A stretch of 64,000 nucleotides of DNA from Klebsiella phage iPHaGe-KPN-11i. A program made the position numbers and the translations under genes. The notes beneath the pieces are model-generated. The model was not told the DNA's origin. It saw only the letters and a list, made by a program, of their open reading frames with translations, and searched no databases. How positions within the stretch are numbered: position 1 is the stretch's first letter; each line of letters opens with the position of its first letter. The DNA lies in sequence record OR637327.1; one strand, 5' to 3'. Below are positions 8,793 through 18,169 of the stretch, one piece after another.

Positions 8793-10541
8793 TTAAGCTA
8801 ATGCAATCAATGGTTTACGGTCAGTTCGTTGGACTGAATGCTGAACCGTGTTGTTTACTGTTTTGTTGTTGACCTGAACGCTGTTAGGCGTTGTAGGCTG
8901 AACAGGCGCTTTCACTGCTTCCGGTTGCTTGTCAATACTTGCACTCGTTTCCGGTACTGCGGTGATTTTTTCCTGCCAGCGGGAGATCATATCACGATAT
9001 CGGTCTTTATCGTCCTCATTCAGCTTGTTCGAATTGTTTTTCTCTTCAAGCGATTCTATGAGTTTTTCCATTACCTTTTTATCGTTGCCCGTCAAATTGT
9101 CTTTGTTCAGGATTTCATCGCCCTGATCGAATTCATTATCTGCTTTAGGTTTCGCTTTCTCTTGCGCTGCTTCGATCTGTTTGGTTTCATCTACACGTTG
9201 ACGGTTCGCGGTATTCTCTTTGTCAACCTCAGCCTGTAACAGTGCAGGGTTTTCCTGCAATGCTTTCAGTTCTTTCTTCTTCTCTTCGGTGATCTTCTCT
9301 TCGAGTTCTACCTGATTGCGAAGTTCTTCAAGATGCTTGGATTGTGCTTTCTGTGCTTCTGTCTGTTGCCCGAAACTATATGAGAATGTACCCTGCGTAG
9401 CCTTAACCTGATCGACGAGCTTAGAACGCTGTTCAACAACTTTATCGTTCTGATCTTGGATCTCTTGCTGTTTCAACAGAACCAAATCATCTTTATCAAT
9501 CTCAAGACCGTATTTCTGTTTATCGCGTAGCGCTGATACCTTCATCCCGCGTCCGGCGTTAGTAATCGTTTCTGATCCGGTATATTCGCCCAGAGCATAG
9601 ATTAGATTACCGATACCTTCCGTGATTGCGGTTTTAATGGTATCGCCCAGAATTTTAAACGGTTCGAGGAACAAGTTTTTCAATGATCCGCCCAAATCCT
9701 TCATATTGAAGTTTTGCAGCCCTTCATTGATTTTTTCTGCAAGGGCTTTAATATTTCCGAAGTATGATCCAAATAACTCTTTCGAGGCTTCACCCTCTGC
9801 GAGAATATCCTGGAACCACTTCTGAATAACCTTGCTCAGAACGTCGATAGCGAATACGATACTACCGATAATCAAAGTCCATTTGGCAAACTTCGCCAGC
9901 GCTTCGAGAGAGTATCCGATAAAGCGAGACAGAAGACCAGATGTATTATCCTTGATTGAACCCAGCAACGCAAGAACGCGCTTACTGAATTTCTTCTCGT
10001 CTTTATCCTTATCGCGGATCTTCTTCTTGTCCCGATCGACCTCCGGTTCCTCTTCCGGTACTGGTTCAGGTTCCGGCGCGGGGGCTGGTTTCTTTTCAGC
10101 GAGTTCGATAAACTTGGTGATTGCTTCTGCAATCGTTCCGGTGTATGTTTCGATTTTCGCAAATGGGTTATGCTGGTTCGATACACTGACGGAGTTATCA
10201 ACACTGGTTGTGCTGTTGTCTGTTAATGATGGTGGACGCGCTGGCCCAACAAAATCGGGCAACTGTTCAGCAAGTGGTTGTTGATCCTGTTCGTATTGTT
10301 CCTGGAAGCCAGCGAATTTCTCTTTGAAACGATCCTCAAAGGATTTCACACTGTCTTTGATGTCCAGTGTATTCAGCGCGGTTTCAAGGGTGTTATCATT
10401 GATATCCTTTAACTCGCGCATCGAATCTTTATCTAACGTTGCCTGGATCTTCCGAACAGTTGGTTGCGCCTGTGGTTTTGGTGGATTCTGCATCCGACGA
10501 CGTTGTTCTTCGTTAAAATATGGATTGCTAGCCATTATCAT
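8793..10541 (-). CDS. 29: tail length tape-measure/baseplate hub protein gp29-like
   Basis: 582 aa (T4 gp29 is 590 aa), K/E-rich coiled-coil middle region, between gp28-like and gp48-like. Confidence 0.6.
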   Translation of the reverse strand: MIMASNPYFNEEQRRRMQNPPKPQAQPTVRKIQATLDKDSMRELKDINDNTLETALNTLDIKDSVKSFEDRFKEKFAGFQEQYEQDQQPLAEQLPDFVGPARPPSLTDNSTTSVDNSVSVSNQHNPFAKIETYTGTIAEAITKFIELAEKKPAPAPEPEPVPEEEPEVDRDKKKIRDKDKDEKKFSKRVLALLGSIKDNTSGLLSRFIGYSLEALAKFAKWTLIIGSIVFAIDVLSKVIQKWFQDILAEGEASKELFGSYFGNIKALAEKINEGLQNFNMKDLGGSLKNLFLEPFKILGDTIKTAITEGIGNLIYALGEYTGSETITNAGRGMKVSALRDKQKYGLEIDKDDLVLLKQQEIQDQNDKVVEQRSKLVDQVKATQGTFSYSFGQQTEAQKAQSKHLEELRNQVELEEKITEEKKKELKALQENPALLQAEVDKENTANRQRVDETKQIEAAQEKAKPKADNEFDQGDEILNKDNLTGNDKKVMEKLIESLEEKNNSNKLNEDDKDRYRDMISRWQEKITAVPETSASIDKQPEAVKAPVQPTTPNSVQVNNKTVNNTVQHSVQRTDRKPLIALA

Positions 10542-11116
10542 TCACCGATGATGTTAAGCCCTTTAATGGTTTTCCCCTCATGCACAATATAGACTTCCTG
10601 GAGTACGCCACGTTTTACATCGTCATATTCATAACGATACAGGCAGTTAATTAATTGAATACGGTTTTCGTCCGTCAGTTCGATCGGCTTCCCGTTGTCA
10701 TACGCTTCTTTAAGCAGTAATGCCAGATCATCCAGCATTAGGGTCGGTTTGTTGAAGACCAATCGAAGGTTATCAAAAGTATGTTCATACTTAGCTTCGC
10801 TGATTTTCATATCATCCAGATTAATACCGATCTCTTTCAATACAGCCATTGCTTTATCGTCATTATGATAATGCAGGTGAATCAAAAGGAATTCGGTTTC
10901 TGCTGCGGTTAATTCGCGCGGTTGAATCTCTTTGATGATATACTCAAGCAACTGCATTGGGTCTTTCATTGCTTTAATCTGGGTGAAATGACGATAACCC
11001 AGACGGGGGATCGTAACCTGTTCACCAGTAGGCAACGTGACTACTTTATTTTTGCTGTTCTTGATGTTTAAACGCGTAACCATAAATTTATCAAGTGTGT
11101 TTTTCTTCTCTTTCAT
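10538..11116 (-). CDS. baseplate hub distal subunit gp28-like
   Basis: 192 aa, ATGA overlap with gp29; synteny-based. Confidence 0.4.
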   Translation of the reverse strand: MKEKKNTLDKFMVTRLNIKNSKNKVVTLPTGEQVTIPRLGYRHFTQIKAMKDPMQLLEYIIKEIQPRELTAAETEFLLIHLHYHNDDKAMAVLKEIGINLDDMKISEAKYEHTFDNLRLVFNKPTLMLDDLALLLKEAYDNGKPIELTDENRIQLINCLYRYEYDDVKRGVLQEVYIVHEGKTIKGLNIIGE

Positions 11117-11178
11117 GATCGCCTCAAGTATCCCGATATTTACTATTTAGTAAATAGAATATAAAGGGAGGATGTCTA

Positions 11179-12282
11179 ATGTCCAGTAAAGTTATAAACC
11201 GCGTCGTGTCGGTTAAATTATATCCAACATATGAAAAGTTCGCTGATAACGTCTATCTTGAATTGTTACCTGCCCTTGTCTCAATGAGTGAGAAAACCAT
11301 CATTAACGGTACTTCTGAAACATTGATGCAGATCTATGATAACCAGTTAATCTATCAGTTGACAGAGAAACCGATTATTCAGGTATCCTTCCAGTATAAC
11401 GAAACGTTAGAACAGCATTACTACGGTGTTCTGTATTCAAACGTCGAAACCGATGATATGAACCGCTCTATACTGCGCCTAAACCTTTCTCCGGTGCATA
11501 CGGTGTTTCGTCGTAAGTTTTCCCGTTCGTTCAGTAACAACGCCGTACAGACGATTACAGAGTGCATGACGGCACTGTATAATGATATGAAGTTGATCAC
11601 ACCACCTATCGACGCATCAAACGTGCGTATTCCTCCGGCTTGCCTGAGCGGGACGTATGAAACCGTGTTTGATTACATCCGTGACAACGGGCAGAGCGTA
11701 GATTCGTCTGACTTCTGTTATCTGTGGGAAGATGGTTCCGGTATCTTTATGAAAAGCAATACGGAGATCCTCGCACAAACCCCGTTAAAGGCTTACAAGT
11801 TCAACGTTAGTAACCCGTTTTTAGGTGACACTTTGGTATTCACTAAAGCGGAATACATTACGCATAAGGATAACACTACCCTGTTAGGGGATGCAAGTTT
11901 CTTTAGTTTCTCGATGACGGATAAAAAACTGTACAGTGATATCCTTGCGAGTACCGATATTGAAAACGCATGGATCACCATGAACCGGAACGCGGTATAT
12001 GAGAACAACTTCCAGAACCCAGACAAACAGGGCCAACCGTTCCAGGCTGTGAAGTGTCAGACGTTATCCAGTTATGAAAAACGTATTCGGTTTGATATCA
12101 ATCAGGGTCGAATGGATGTTAAAGTGGGGGCATTGATTGAGGTGTTAGGGGATGAATATTCAGGGAAGTATCTGATCGTTGAATGTATCCGCGACGTATC
12201 AAAAGATTTCCACCTGCAAACATTAGAATGTGTACAGGTGGCAGCGGCTACTAACGACACCAGCAAAACAAGTGAGGCTTAG
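11179..12282 (+). CDS. 27: baseplate hub subunit gp27
   Basis: VKLYPTYEKF...YLELLPAL...MQIYD...IIQVSF and later blocks align with T4 gp27. Confidence 0.75.
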   Translation: MSSKVINRVVSVKLYPTYEKFADNVYLELLPALVSMSEKTIINGTSETLMQIYDNQLIYQLTEKPIIQVSFQYNETLEQHYYGVLYSNVETDDMNRSILRLNLSPVHTVFRRKFSRSFSNNAVQTITECMTALYNDMKLITPPIDASNVRIPPACLSGTYETVFDYIRDNGQSVDSSDFCYLWEDGSGIFMKSNTEILAQTPLKAYKFNVSNPFLGDTLVFTKAEYITHKDNTTLLGDASFFSFSMTDKKLYSDILASTDIENAWITMNRNAVYENNFQNPDKQGQPFQAVKCQTLSSYEKRIRFDINQGRMDVKVGALIEVLGDEYSGKYLIVECIRDVSKDFHLQTLECVQVAAATNDTSKTSEA

Positions 12283-12653
12283 GCCGTAGTTTCTTCATGA
12301 TAGCCCATGAACAGGTCGAACACGTTGTTCTTGTTCTGTTTACGGGCTTTCTTGATATTCTCGTAGTTCTCGCGAGGCATATCAATCATGAAGCACTTCT
12401 GACGCGCTGTAGCGTTCTCTGTGAGCGCAAACAGTTCATCTTCGGTGTAATCCTTGTTTTTGTCCAGATCGAGAATGACGCATTGCCAGGTGTCTTCATC
12501 ACTGGTTTGCTGCATCATCACCAGTGCGGCGTTTTTGAATCCTAGATTATGCGCAAGCATTTCATGGACGAATTCACGATCCTGATCTTCATAACGGATT
12601 TCTTGTCCTTCCCAACGGATAAGGCGCACAGTCTTACTTGGTTCATTTTTCAT
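12279..12653 (-). CDS. hypothetical protein
   Basis: 124-aa ORF convergent with gp27. Confidence 0.45.
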   Translation of the reverse strand: MKNEPSKTVRLIRWEGQEIRYEDQDREFVHEMLAHNLGFKNAALVMMQQTSDEDTWQCVILDLDKNKDYTEDELFALTENATARQKCFMIDMPRENYENIKKARKQNKNNVFDLFMGYHEETTA

Positions 12654-12940
12654 AACGTGGTTTTCCTGCTCATAAGTTCGCGTAAACGTTTCGTCGGTTC
12701 AGGTGGGTTTTTGATGATCTCTTGAATCTGATCCCACACTTCCGGTGAAACTTCTTTCCTGTCCATGATAACGATATTCTGATTATCACAGCACTTTCCA
12801 ACCATTACGGATCGCCCACAATTAAGGCAAATCGTATCAGGGCATTTTCCAAGTTTATCAGGGTCGATAGATTCAAGGAATCTTCTTGCTACCGATAACC
12901 GCTCTTTAACTTCTATTGGGTCATATTCTTTATTTTTCAT
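12650..12940 (-). CDS. hypothetical zinc-ribbon protein (CPDTICLNCG...KCC)
   Basis: 96 aa with a C-x4-C-x2-C...CC cluster. Confidence 0.45.
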   Translation of the reverse strand: MKNKEYDPIEVKERLSVARRFLESIDPDKLGKCPDTICLNCGRSVMVGKCCDNQNIVIMDRKEVSPEVWDQIQEIIKNPPEPTKRLRELMSRKTTL

Positions 12941-13128
12941 GCTAACAATTGACTCCCCTCATAATTGGTAGGAACCCGACAGGCAAAAAACAATTGTTGG
13001 TGTTCCCAGTTTTTACGCGCCTGTTCTGGAGTATCACCCCATGCAGCATCAAACCCAGTTTTCGCACAGCACCAGCGAAGATTCGGGTCTTCGCTGATAG
13101 TTTCGAATATTTCGAGTTTCTTACTCAT
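12937..13128 (-). CDS. hypothetical protein
   Basis: 63 aa, translationally coupled in a chain of small genes. Confidence 0.4.
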   Translation of the reverse strand: MSKKLEIFETISEDPNLRWCCAKTGFDAAWGDTPEQARKNWEHQQLFFACRVPTNYEGSQLLA

Positions 13129-13304
13129 TTCAGGTCACCGATAATTTCCATCGCGGCTTCGATGTTTTCAACACCACCAAAGGTATTCCAACTTACTTCA
13201 AGGAGTTTGATACCAGGAAGATAAACCCCAACCAGCGCACCGATAGCATCGTGGATAGCGTAGTTGCCGTTTTGAAGTTGATTTGCAGTGTGCATAACTT
13301 TCAT
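13125..13304 (-). CDS. hypothetical protein (59 aa)
   Basis: ATG at 13304 preceded by GGAG and the conserved leader variant CATCGAAACGAAAGGAG. Confidence 0.4.
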   Translation of the reverse strand: MKVMHTANQLQNGNYAIHDAIGALVGVYLPGIKLLEVSWNTFGGVENIEAAMEIIGDLK

Positions 13305-13365
13305 GATGTTTCTCCTTTCGTTTCGATGTAGGTAATGTACCACTACATTACCCAGAACACAAGCA

Positions 13366-13638
13366 TTATTTTTCGATTTCGTAGCACTCTTCAACTTCGA
13401 TGTTTACCAGAGGTACTTCGATATCCCATGAATCCGCTTGTGCATCGTATACGGCTTTGTCTTCGTCGTTCAGAGGCAGACAAGTAACCCAACCGTCAGT
13501 AACGCGCATCACGCGCATTTTAGAAAGGCTTTCGAGTGCGTCCGCTGGCAGTTTTTCACCACCGTTACCCAGTTGTGCCAAACGGTCTTCATTTACCAGA
13601 ACGATTACTTTGCCTTCGAGTTCTTTAGTGATTTGCAT
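13366..13638 (-). CDS. hypothetical acidic protein
   Basis: 90 aa; directly downstream of a PeSL-like promoter/leader. Confidence 0.5.
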   Translation of the reverse strand: MQITKELEGKVIVLVNEDRLAQLGNGGEKLPADALESLSKMRVMRVTDGWVTCLPLNDEDKAVYDAQADSWDIEVPLVNIEVEECYEIEK

Positions 13639-13639
13639 G

Positions 13640-13722
13640 GGATGTTCCTTTTGTCTGTTTCGTTTCGATGTGTGTAATATACAAAAAGCCCCTCACATAT
13701 GCAAGGGGCTTCTTTAGCAAAA
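13640..13722 (-). promoter_or_regulatory. PeSL-like cassette (MotA-box-like TTGCTAAAG, hairpin, TATATT -10, conserved leader ACACATCGAAACGAAACAGACAAAAGGAAC)
   Basis: Minus strand is nearly identical to 59900-59945(+) and shares its upstream half with 60305-60330(+). Confidence 0.6.
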
Positions 13723-13730
13723 AGTGCTAT

Positions 13731-15254
13731 TTAAAACAGATCAGCGAAGATAACGTGAATGTCATCCGGTTCGGTCTTATCGCGTCGAATCTTCTTGATG
13801 ATTGGCAGGAAGAAACTGAACTCAGGTTCGCCCTTCTTACGCGTTTTCGATTTCTGGAGTCCGTCAACTTCCATTTCGACGATAGCGCCGATATAGTCAT
13901 CTTTGTTCGCCATAATGTATTCGCGATCCAGTTCACCACGTTCTTCTAACGGGATGTACACGCGGTTAATACCGTCTTCATCGTATCGGTAATCCGTATC
14001 AGTCAGACCGGAACCTGTGTTTGTTCTGGCTTCTCCTGATAAGTCCTCAACCACGAACCCGCCAACCTTATGAGGTTCTTTGGTGTGTTCGTACACGTCA
14101 ATGATTCGCAGTTCGATCGGTGTTTTGTTCTTCAACTTCACCTGATCCGCAACGCGTGAATCCTTCCATTTGAAATCAACGTTTTTCAGGATTGAACCCT
14201 CTTTACCGTCATTGCGGTAATTGTTGTAATCCTTTTTCGCTTCCGCATAGTTCTGCACCAGGATAGAAGGGATCAGCTTAACCGATGTTACACCAGAGCC
14301 AGCCAGCGCACCTTCCAGGATGCTAAAGCGATCGCAATATGGTTGAACACTCGGAGCATCACCATAGTACACTTCATACGGTACGATATCCCAGACAACA
14401 TAAACGATATTGCGCTGTTCTTCGTCGCTGATAGTGCCTTTCAGGGATTTGTTTACAATCCCGTTGCCCTCTTCGCGTTTCGCTTCCGCTTGTGTCTCGT
14501 TCTCGGTAGCTTCCCGCCTAACATCTGCCACAAGGTCAGAAACAGAATCGTCGTCATCGCCCATAAACCCAGCAAGACTAAATGGAACGCTGTTTGAAGG
14601 AACGACAGCAGTTTTTTCAGCAGGGACATAAATCAGTTCTCCATCAAGTACAACATCATAACCCAGATATTCACGAATCTTTTTCAGATCCTTGTCCAGA
14701 TTCACCAAACCTTCATACTCATTCCCCGCGCGGGATGCTTTGCGGATCTGATTCTCTAACAGATCGGACATACAACGCGCACCATCGGCTTTAAGCTGCG
14801 AGTAAGCAGGGAAGCGAATACGTTTTAAGGCTTTCTCGCTAAACGGCGTAGCGAGGCATTGAGGCTGTTCTGGAATGAGTTTCTTCCATACGCGGTTCGG
14901 TAACGTTGTACCAGCACCACATTCCAGATCGCGGTTAATGATACGGCGAAGCACTTCGCGATCATTCTCATTCACCGATGATACGATATCCAGCAGACGA
15001 TCACGGGCTGCATTGCCCGTATATTTTCGCGTTGCCAAATCAGACATCAAATCCGCGATAGCATTCGATAGCGGGGTTGTGCCTGGCTTGCCGTCCACCT
15101 GCGGGAACTTCTTAATGTGAAACATAATCTGTTTCGTGTACGTAATGCGGAAAATCTCTTTTAGCAGATCATTACCTGCATTACGTTTCAGGATCGCTTC
15201 CTTCTCTGAAATTTTCAGAGTCGAAGCGAGTTCATTTAGAATCTGTAAGATCAT
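13731..15254 (-). CDS. 30: ATP-dependent DNA ligase gp30
   Basis: MILQILNELAS..., KADGARC adenylation motif, LIPEQPQ and LPIIKKIRRDKT all collinear with T4 ligase. Confidence 0.9.
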   Translation of the reverse strand: MILQILNELASTLKISEKEAILKRNAGNDLLKEIFRITYTKQIMFHIKKFPQVDGKPGTTPLSNAIADLMSDLATRKYTGNAARDRLLDIVSSVNENDREVLRRIINRDLECGAGTTLPNRVWKKLIPEQPQCLATPFSEKALKRIRFPAYSQLKADGARCMSDLLENQIRKASRAGNEYEGLVNLDKDLKKIREYLGYDVVLDGELIYVPAEKTAVVPSNSVPFSLAGFMGDDDDSVSDLVADVRREATENETQAEAKREEGNGIVNKSLKGTISDEEQRNIVYVVWDIVPYEVYYGDAPSVQPYCDRFSILEGALAGSGVTSVKLIPSILVQNYAEAKKDYNNYRNDGKEGSILKNVDFKWKDSRVADQVKLKNKTPIELRIIDVYEHTKEPHKVGGFVVEDLSGEARTNTGSGLTDTDYRYDEDGINRVYIPLEERGELDREYIMANKDDYIGAIVEMEVDGLQKSKTRKKGEPEFSFFLPIIKKIRRDKTEPDDIHVIFADLF

Positions 15255-15783
15255 TTAAGTACCTTTCATTATGTGTAAAGGAAACGAGTGCTTTGGCCTT
15301 ATATGCTTCACTTGCTTCCTCGGCAGAATCATAAAATCCTAACCACTTAGTCACTCCATGTAAAGTGATTTTGGCGCTATATTTTTGCGATTTCTTGTTG
15401 AATGACACGCCCTTAAACCCAACGGTATTATTTTTATTCCGTGTGCGGTTTTGTTGATTTGTTACCTGATTGGACTCCCTTAGATTAGAAATCATATCAC
15501 CGCATTCAACACCGTGAACATGGTCAACCATCACTGGAAGATAACCATTAACGTAATAAAATATCACCCTTGACCGGATGTACATCGCATTTTCGAATTT
15601 TATTCGCGTATATCCACTTGATTTATGAAAAGAACCTGCTTCACTTCCAGCAGGAATTTTATTACTTCTCTTTTCCAACCAGAAACATTTTCCGGTTTCT
15701 GGTTCTACTCGAATACATTGTAGTAGGTTTTCTATACCTTGCGTTTCTTCATCAAGAGTTCTCAATTGCTTTTTCAATTTCAT
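15232..15783 (-). CDS. HNH homing endonuclease with C-terminal AP2 DNA-binding domain
   Basis: DHVHGVECGDMISNLRESNQVTNQQN is an HNH motif; GVSFNKKSQKYSAKITLHGVTKWLGFYDSAEEASEAYKAKA is AP2-like; overlaps the ligase start. Confidence 0.75.
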   Translation of the reverse strand: MKLKKQLRTLDEETQGIENLLQCIRVEPETGKCFWLEKRSNKIPAGSEAGSFHKSSGYTRIKFENAMYIRSRVIFYYVNGYLPVMVDHVHGVECGDMISNLRESNQVTNQQNRTRNKNNTVGFKGVSFNKKSQKYSAKITLHGVTKWLGFYDSAEEASEAYKAKALVSFTHNERYLNDLTDSK

Positions 15784-16357
15784 GCCAGTTATTCACTTTA
15801 GTATGAGGTACACTCGGTTCACTACGTTCGCCACGCAACATATGGAATAACGGCAACTGACTGATGACGTTATGACACTCATTCAAGTTTACTGCAAGGT
15901 CATCAATGAAACATACTAAACGATCGCCATATTTTGCTTTGGCTTCCAGGTAACGATGTACTTTCGTTTCGCCGTGACCGACAACACAAACCTCTTTGAA
16001 TGCAGAAGGGAACAGGGTGTTCAGGTTTGCAATACGGTTAAGGCTTGCCGTAGGAGTGGTTCCCAGCGCCGTGACAGCCACGAAATCATATTTGGCTTTC
16101 AGACGGTTGATCACAATTAACGCATCGTCATACGCGCTTAGATAGCGAATAAACGAACTGTTATTGTATTCTTCCATGAGGATTTTAGCCAGTTGGTGAT
16201 CACACCCGAAGATTTCGGTCATATCACGGAACTTTTCATCCGTAACCATATCCAGCGCGATATCGGTCGGCATGTTGTGTTTAGACAAAAAGAACGGCAA
16301 TCCCGACTGCCATTTTACGGCGATCCCGTCAATGTCGGTAAGAATAACTGGTTTCAA
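15752..16357 (-). CDS. HAD-superfamily 5'(3')-deoxyribonucleotidase-like protein (NT5C-like)
   Basis: N-terminal ILTDIDGIAV matches the DxDG HAD motif I of the NT5C family. Confidence 0.5.
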   Translation of the reverse strand: MKPVILTDIDGIAVKWQSGLPFFLSKHNMPTDIALDMVTDEKFRDMTEIFGCDHQLAKILMEEYNNSSFIRYLSAYDDALIVINRLKAKYDFVAVTALGTTPTASLNRIANLNTLFPSAFKEVCVVGHGETKVHRYLEAKAKYGDRLVCFIDDLAVNLNECHNVISQLPLFHMLRGERSEPSVPHTKVNNWHEIEKAIENS

Positions 16358-16581
16358 GATATAACCTCATAACGGTCGAAGAAAAGGGAACTTTTAAACG
16401 CTTGTATATCAGCGAGGAATTGATCACGCTCGAATGTACGATAGTAATCAAATTCGATGCACAGCATATCATCGTTTGTTACACCAATGCCAACGACATC
16501 TTGATGATATTTCTTTGCCTGTTGCAGAACGAAAGGATCGAGATCCGAACAATCGAAATAAATTACGTAACTCATTATCAA
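16354..16581 (-). CDS. hypothetical protein
   Basis: 75 aa, ATGA-coupled. Confidence 0.4.
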   Translation of the reverse strand: MIMSYVIYFDCSDLDPFVLQQAKKYHQDVVGIGVTNDDMLCIEFDYYRTFERDQFLADIQAFKSSLFFDRYEVIS

Positions 16582-16847
16582 CCCTTGTACATATAAACAG
16601 CGTCGAAACCTGGAACATCCATTTCGACTTTATCGAAAACGATATCTCTCAGCTTACATTTTTCAACGTAGCTGTTGATCACGTTAATGTTGTTTGCGCC
16701 GATGGTAACGTAATACACACCCGCTTTGTAGATAACACCCATAATCAGGGTAGAACTCAAAGCACCCTGTGCGTGGAGTAATGCCAGCGGGTTAATCGCG
16801 CCTTTGAACAGGAACGCGCATTCTACTCTTTCATCATAATCTTTCAT
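16578..16847 (-). CDS. hypothetical protein
   Basis: 89 aa, ATGA-coupled. Confidence 0.4.
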   Translation of the reverse strand: MKDYDERVECAFLFKGAINPLALLHAQGALSSTLIMGVIYKAGVYYVTIGANNINVINSYVEKCKLRDIVFDKVEMDVPGFDAVYMYKG

Positions 16848-17284
16848 AACAGATCTCTCAATCGGGTTAAATTTCGGACAAACTCACGTTCAGTGAGTAC
16901 CGTTTCATTCATCTTATTCTTTCCCATTGAATGAGTCAAGGTACTTTTTCCGGTTGCAGCCAGCGCACGGCGGAACCCGTCATTCAGGAAAAGAGCATTA
17001 TACGCGTTTTCAATCAGGATTTGATACGCTTCTGATTCACGGTGAATCGGCATACCCTTCCAGTATAGGGTCTGATCGCGATACCATTTCTTTTTCTTGC
17101 CTTTGAACTTGGCGGCTTTACCAACCAGCGTACACACATGCGCTTGCATATCTGGATTACTGAATTTCAGACTTTGTAAAAAGCCCTCCATTGATGCACA
17201 TTCTACCCCGTCAAACGTAAAAGGATGCGGGGCGAAGTTGCTCAATGCGCATGATGGATACTGACTACCCGATCCTATGTCCAT
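16844..17284 (-). CDS. NADAR/YbiA-family (DUF1768) protein, putative ADP-ribose N-glycosidase
   Basis: ALSNFAPHPFTFDGVECASMEGFLQSLKF is the YbiA/NADAR signature. Confidence 0.7.
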   Translation of the reverse strand: MDIGSGSQYPSCALSNFAPHPFTFDGVECASMEGFLQSLKFSNPDMQAHVCTLVGKAAKFKGKKKKWYRDQTLYWKGMPIHRESEAYQILIENAYNALFLNDGFRRALAATGKSTLTHSMGKNKMNETVLTEREFVRNLTRLRDLL

Positions 17285-17690
17285 TATCCAATCACCCTTA
17301 AAATATACGCTGTTAAAGGAATACCCCCAAACACAAGAAGCATTCCCAGAACAGCACCAATTATCATTGCAATGGGTTGATCACAGTTCATTTTCTGCTT
17401 CCTTCTTCCCTTCCTGGCGAGCGCGTTTGCGTCCAGCACGTACCAGAGAATCATAGTACGGACGTTTGCGATCAATGTTGTCAGTGCGGTATGCTTTACC
17501 GTAATGACTCGTTTTGAATCCGTAATACTTCACGCTTTAACCTCGTAAGGCTTATGGAGTCCACGCGCCGGATCATAACGGTCATATGTTGTCCCGTTGG
17601 TTGATGCCTTGATAGAAACATCCTGGCGACGGTTCCAGTTCAGCAGAGCCAGAACGATACGATCTGTCGCTTCAATAAAATATTGTTTCA

Positions 17691-17921
17691 TTAGAAACCT
17701 ACCTTCCATACTTTTTCGAATTTGTCGAAGATTGCACCGATGCTTTTCAGATACGCGGTTGCGTCGTCTTCGGAATTTGTGTACATCGCGAAGGAGTATC
17801 CCCCAAATTCACGACACACTGATAGCGGTTTGATGCTGGTAATGTTTTGGTTATATACCCGCATCTTATCAATCATTGCTTCGGTAATTTGATACTCATG
17901 ATATTCGAGAATATATTTCAT
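17691..17921 (-). CDS. hypothetical protein
   Basis: 76 aa. Confidence 0.4.
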   Translation of the reverse strand: MKYILEYHEYQITEAMIDKMRVYNQNITSIKPLSVCREFGGYSFAMYTNSEDDATAYLKSIGAIFDKFEKVWKVGF

Positions 17922-18169
17922 TTGATTGTATACCCGTATTTGTTGGTTTCTGCATTCAATGCAATAGCCAGCTTATTCAGATCCCCAATATCACCCTCAA
18001 GGTCTAAATCAATACTGTCAATCTTCGCATCATTATAAAGATCAGTACCCGCGTATGCATCAATTTCTACGATTTTCACGTTGTGTTCTCGAATGAGATT
18101 CATTGATGCTTCTGGGATACGACGCATTTCGAACTGAAACGTTCTTACTTCGATACCGTCACGCATCAC
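17918..18169 (-). CDS. hypothetical acidic protein
   Basis: 83 aa, ATGA overlap. Confidence 0.4.
   Translation of the reverse strand: MMRDGIEVRTFQFEMRRIPEASMNLIREHNVKIVEIDAYAGTDLYNDAKIDSIDLDLEGDIGDLNKLAIALNAETNKYGYTIK

Noticed and set aside
8929-10284. Ser/Gly-rich and K/E-rich ORFs on the plus strand inside gene 29
   Set aside because: These are low-complexity reverse-frame artefacts of the coiled-coil tape-measure gene.
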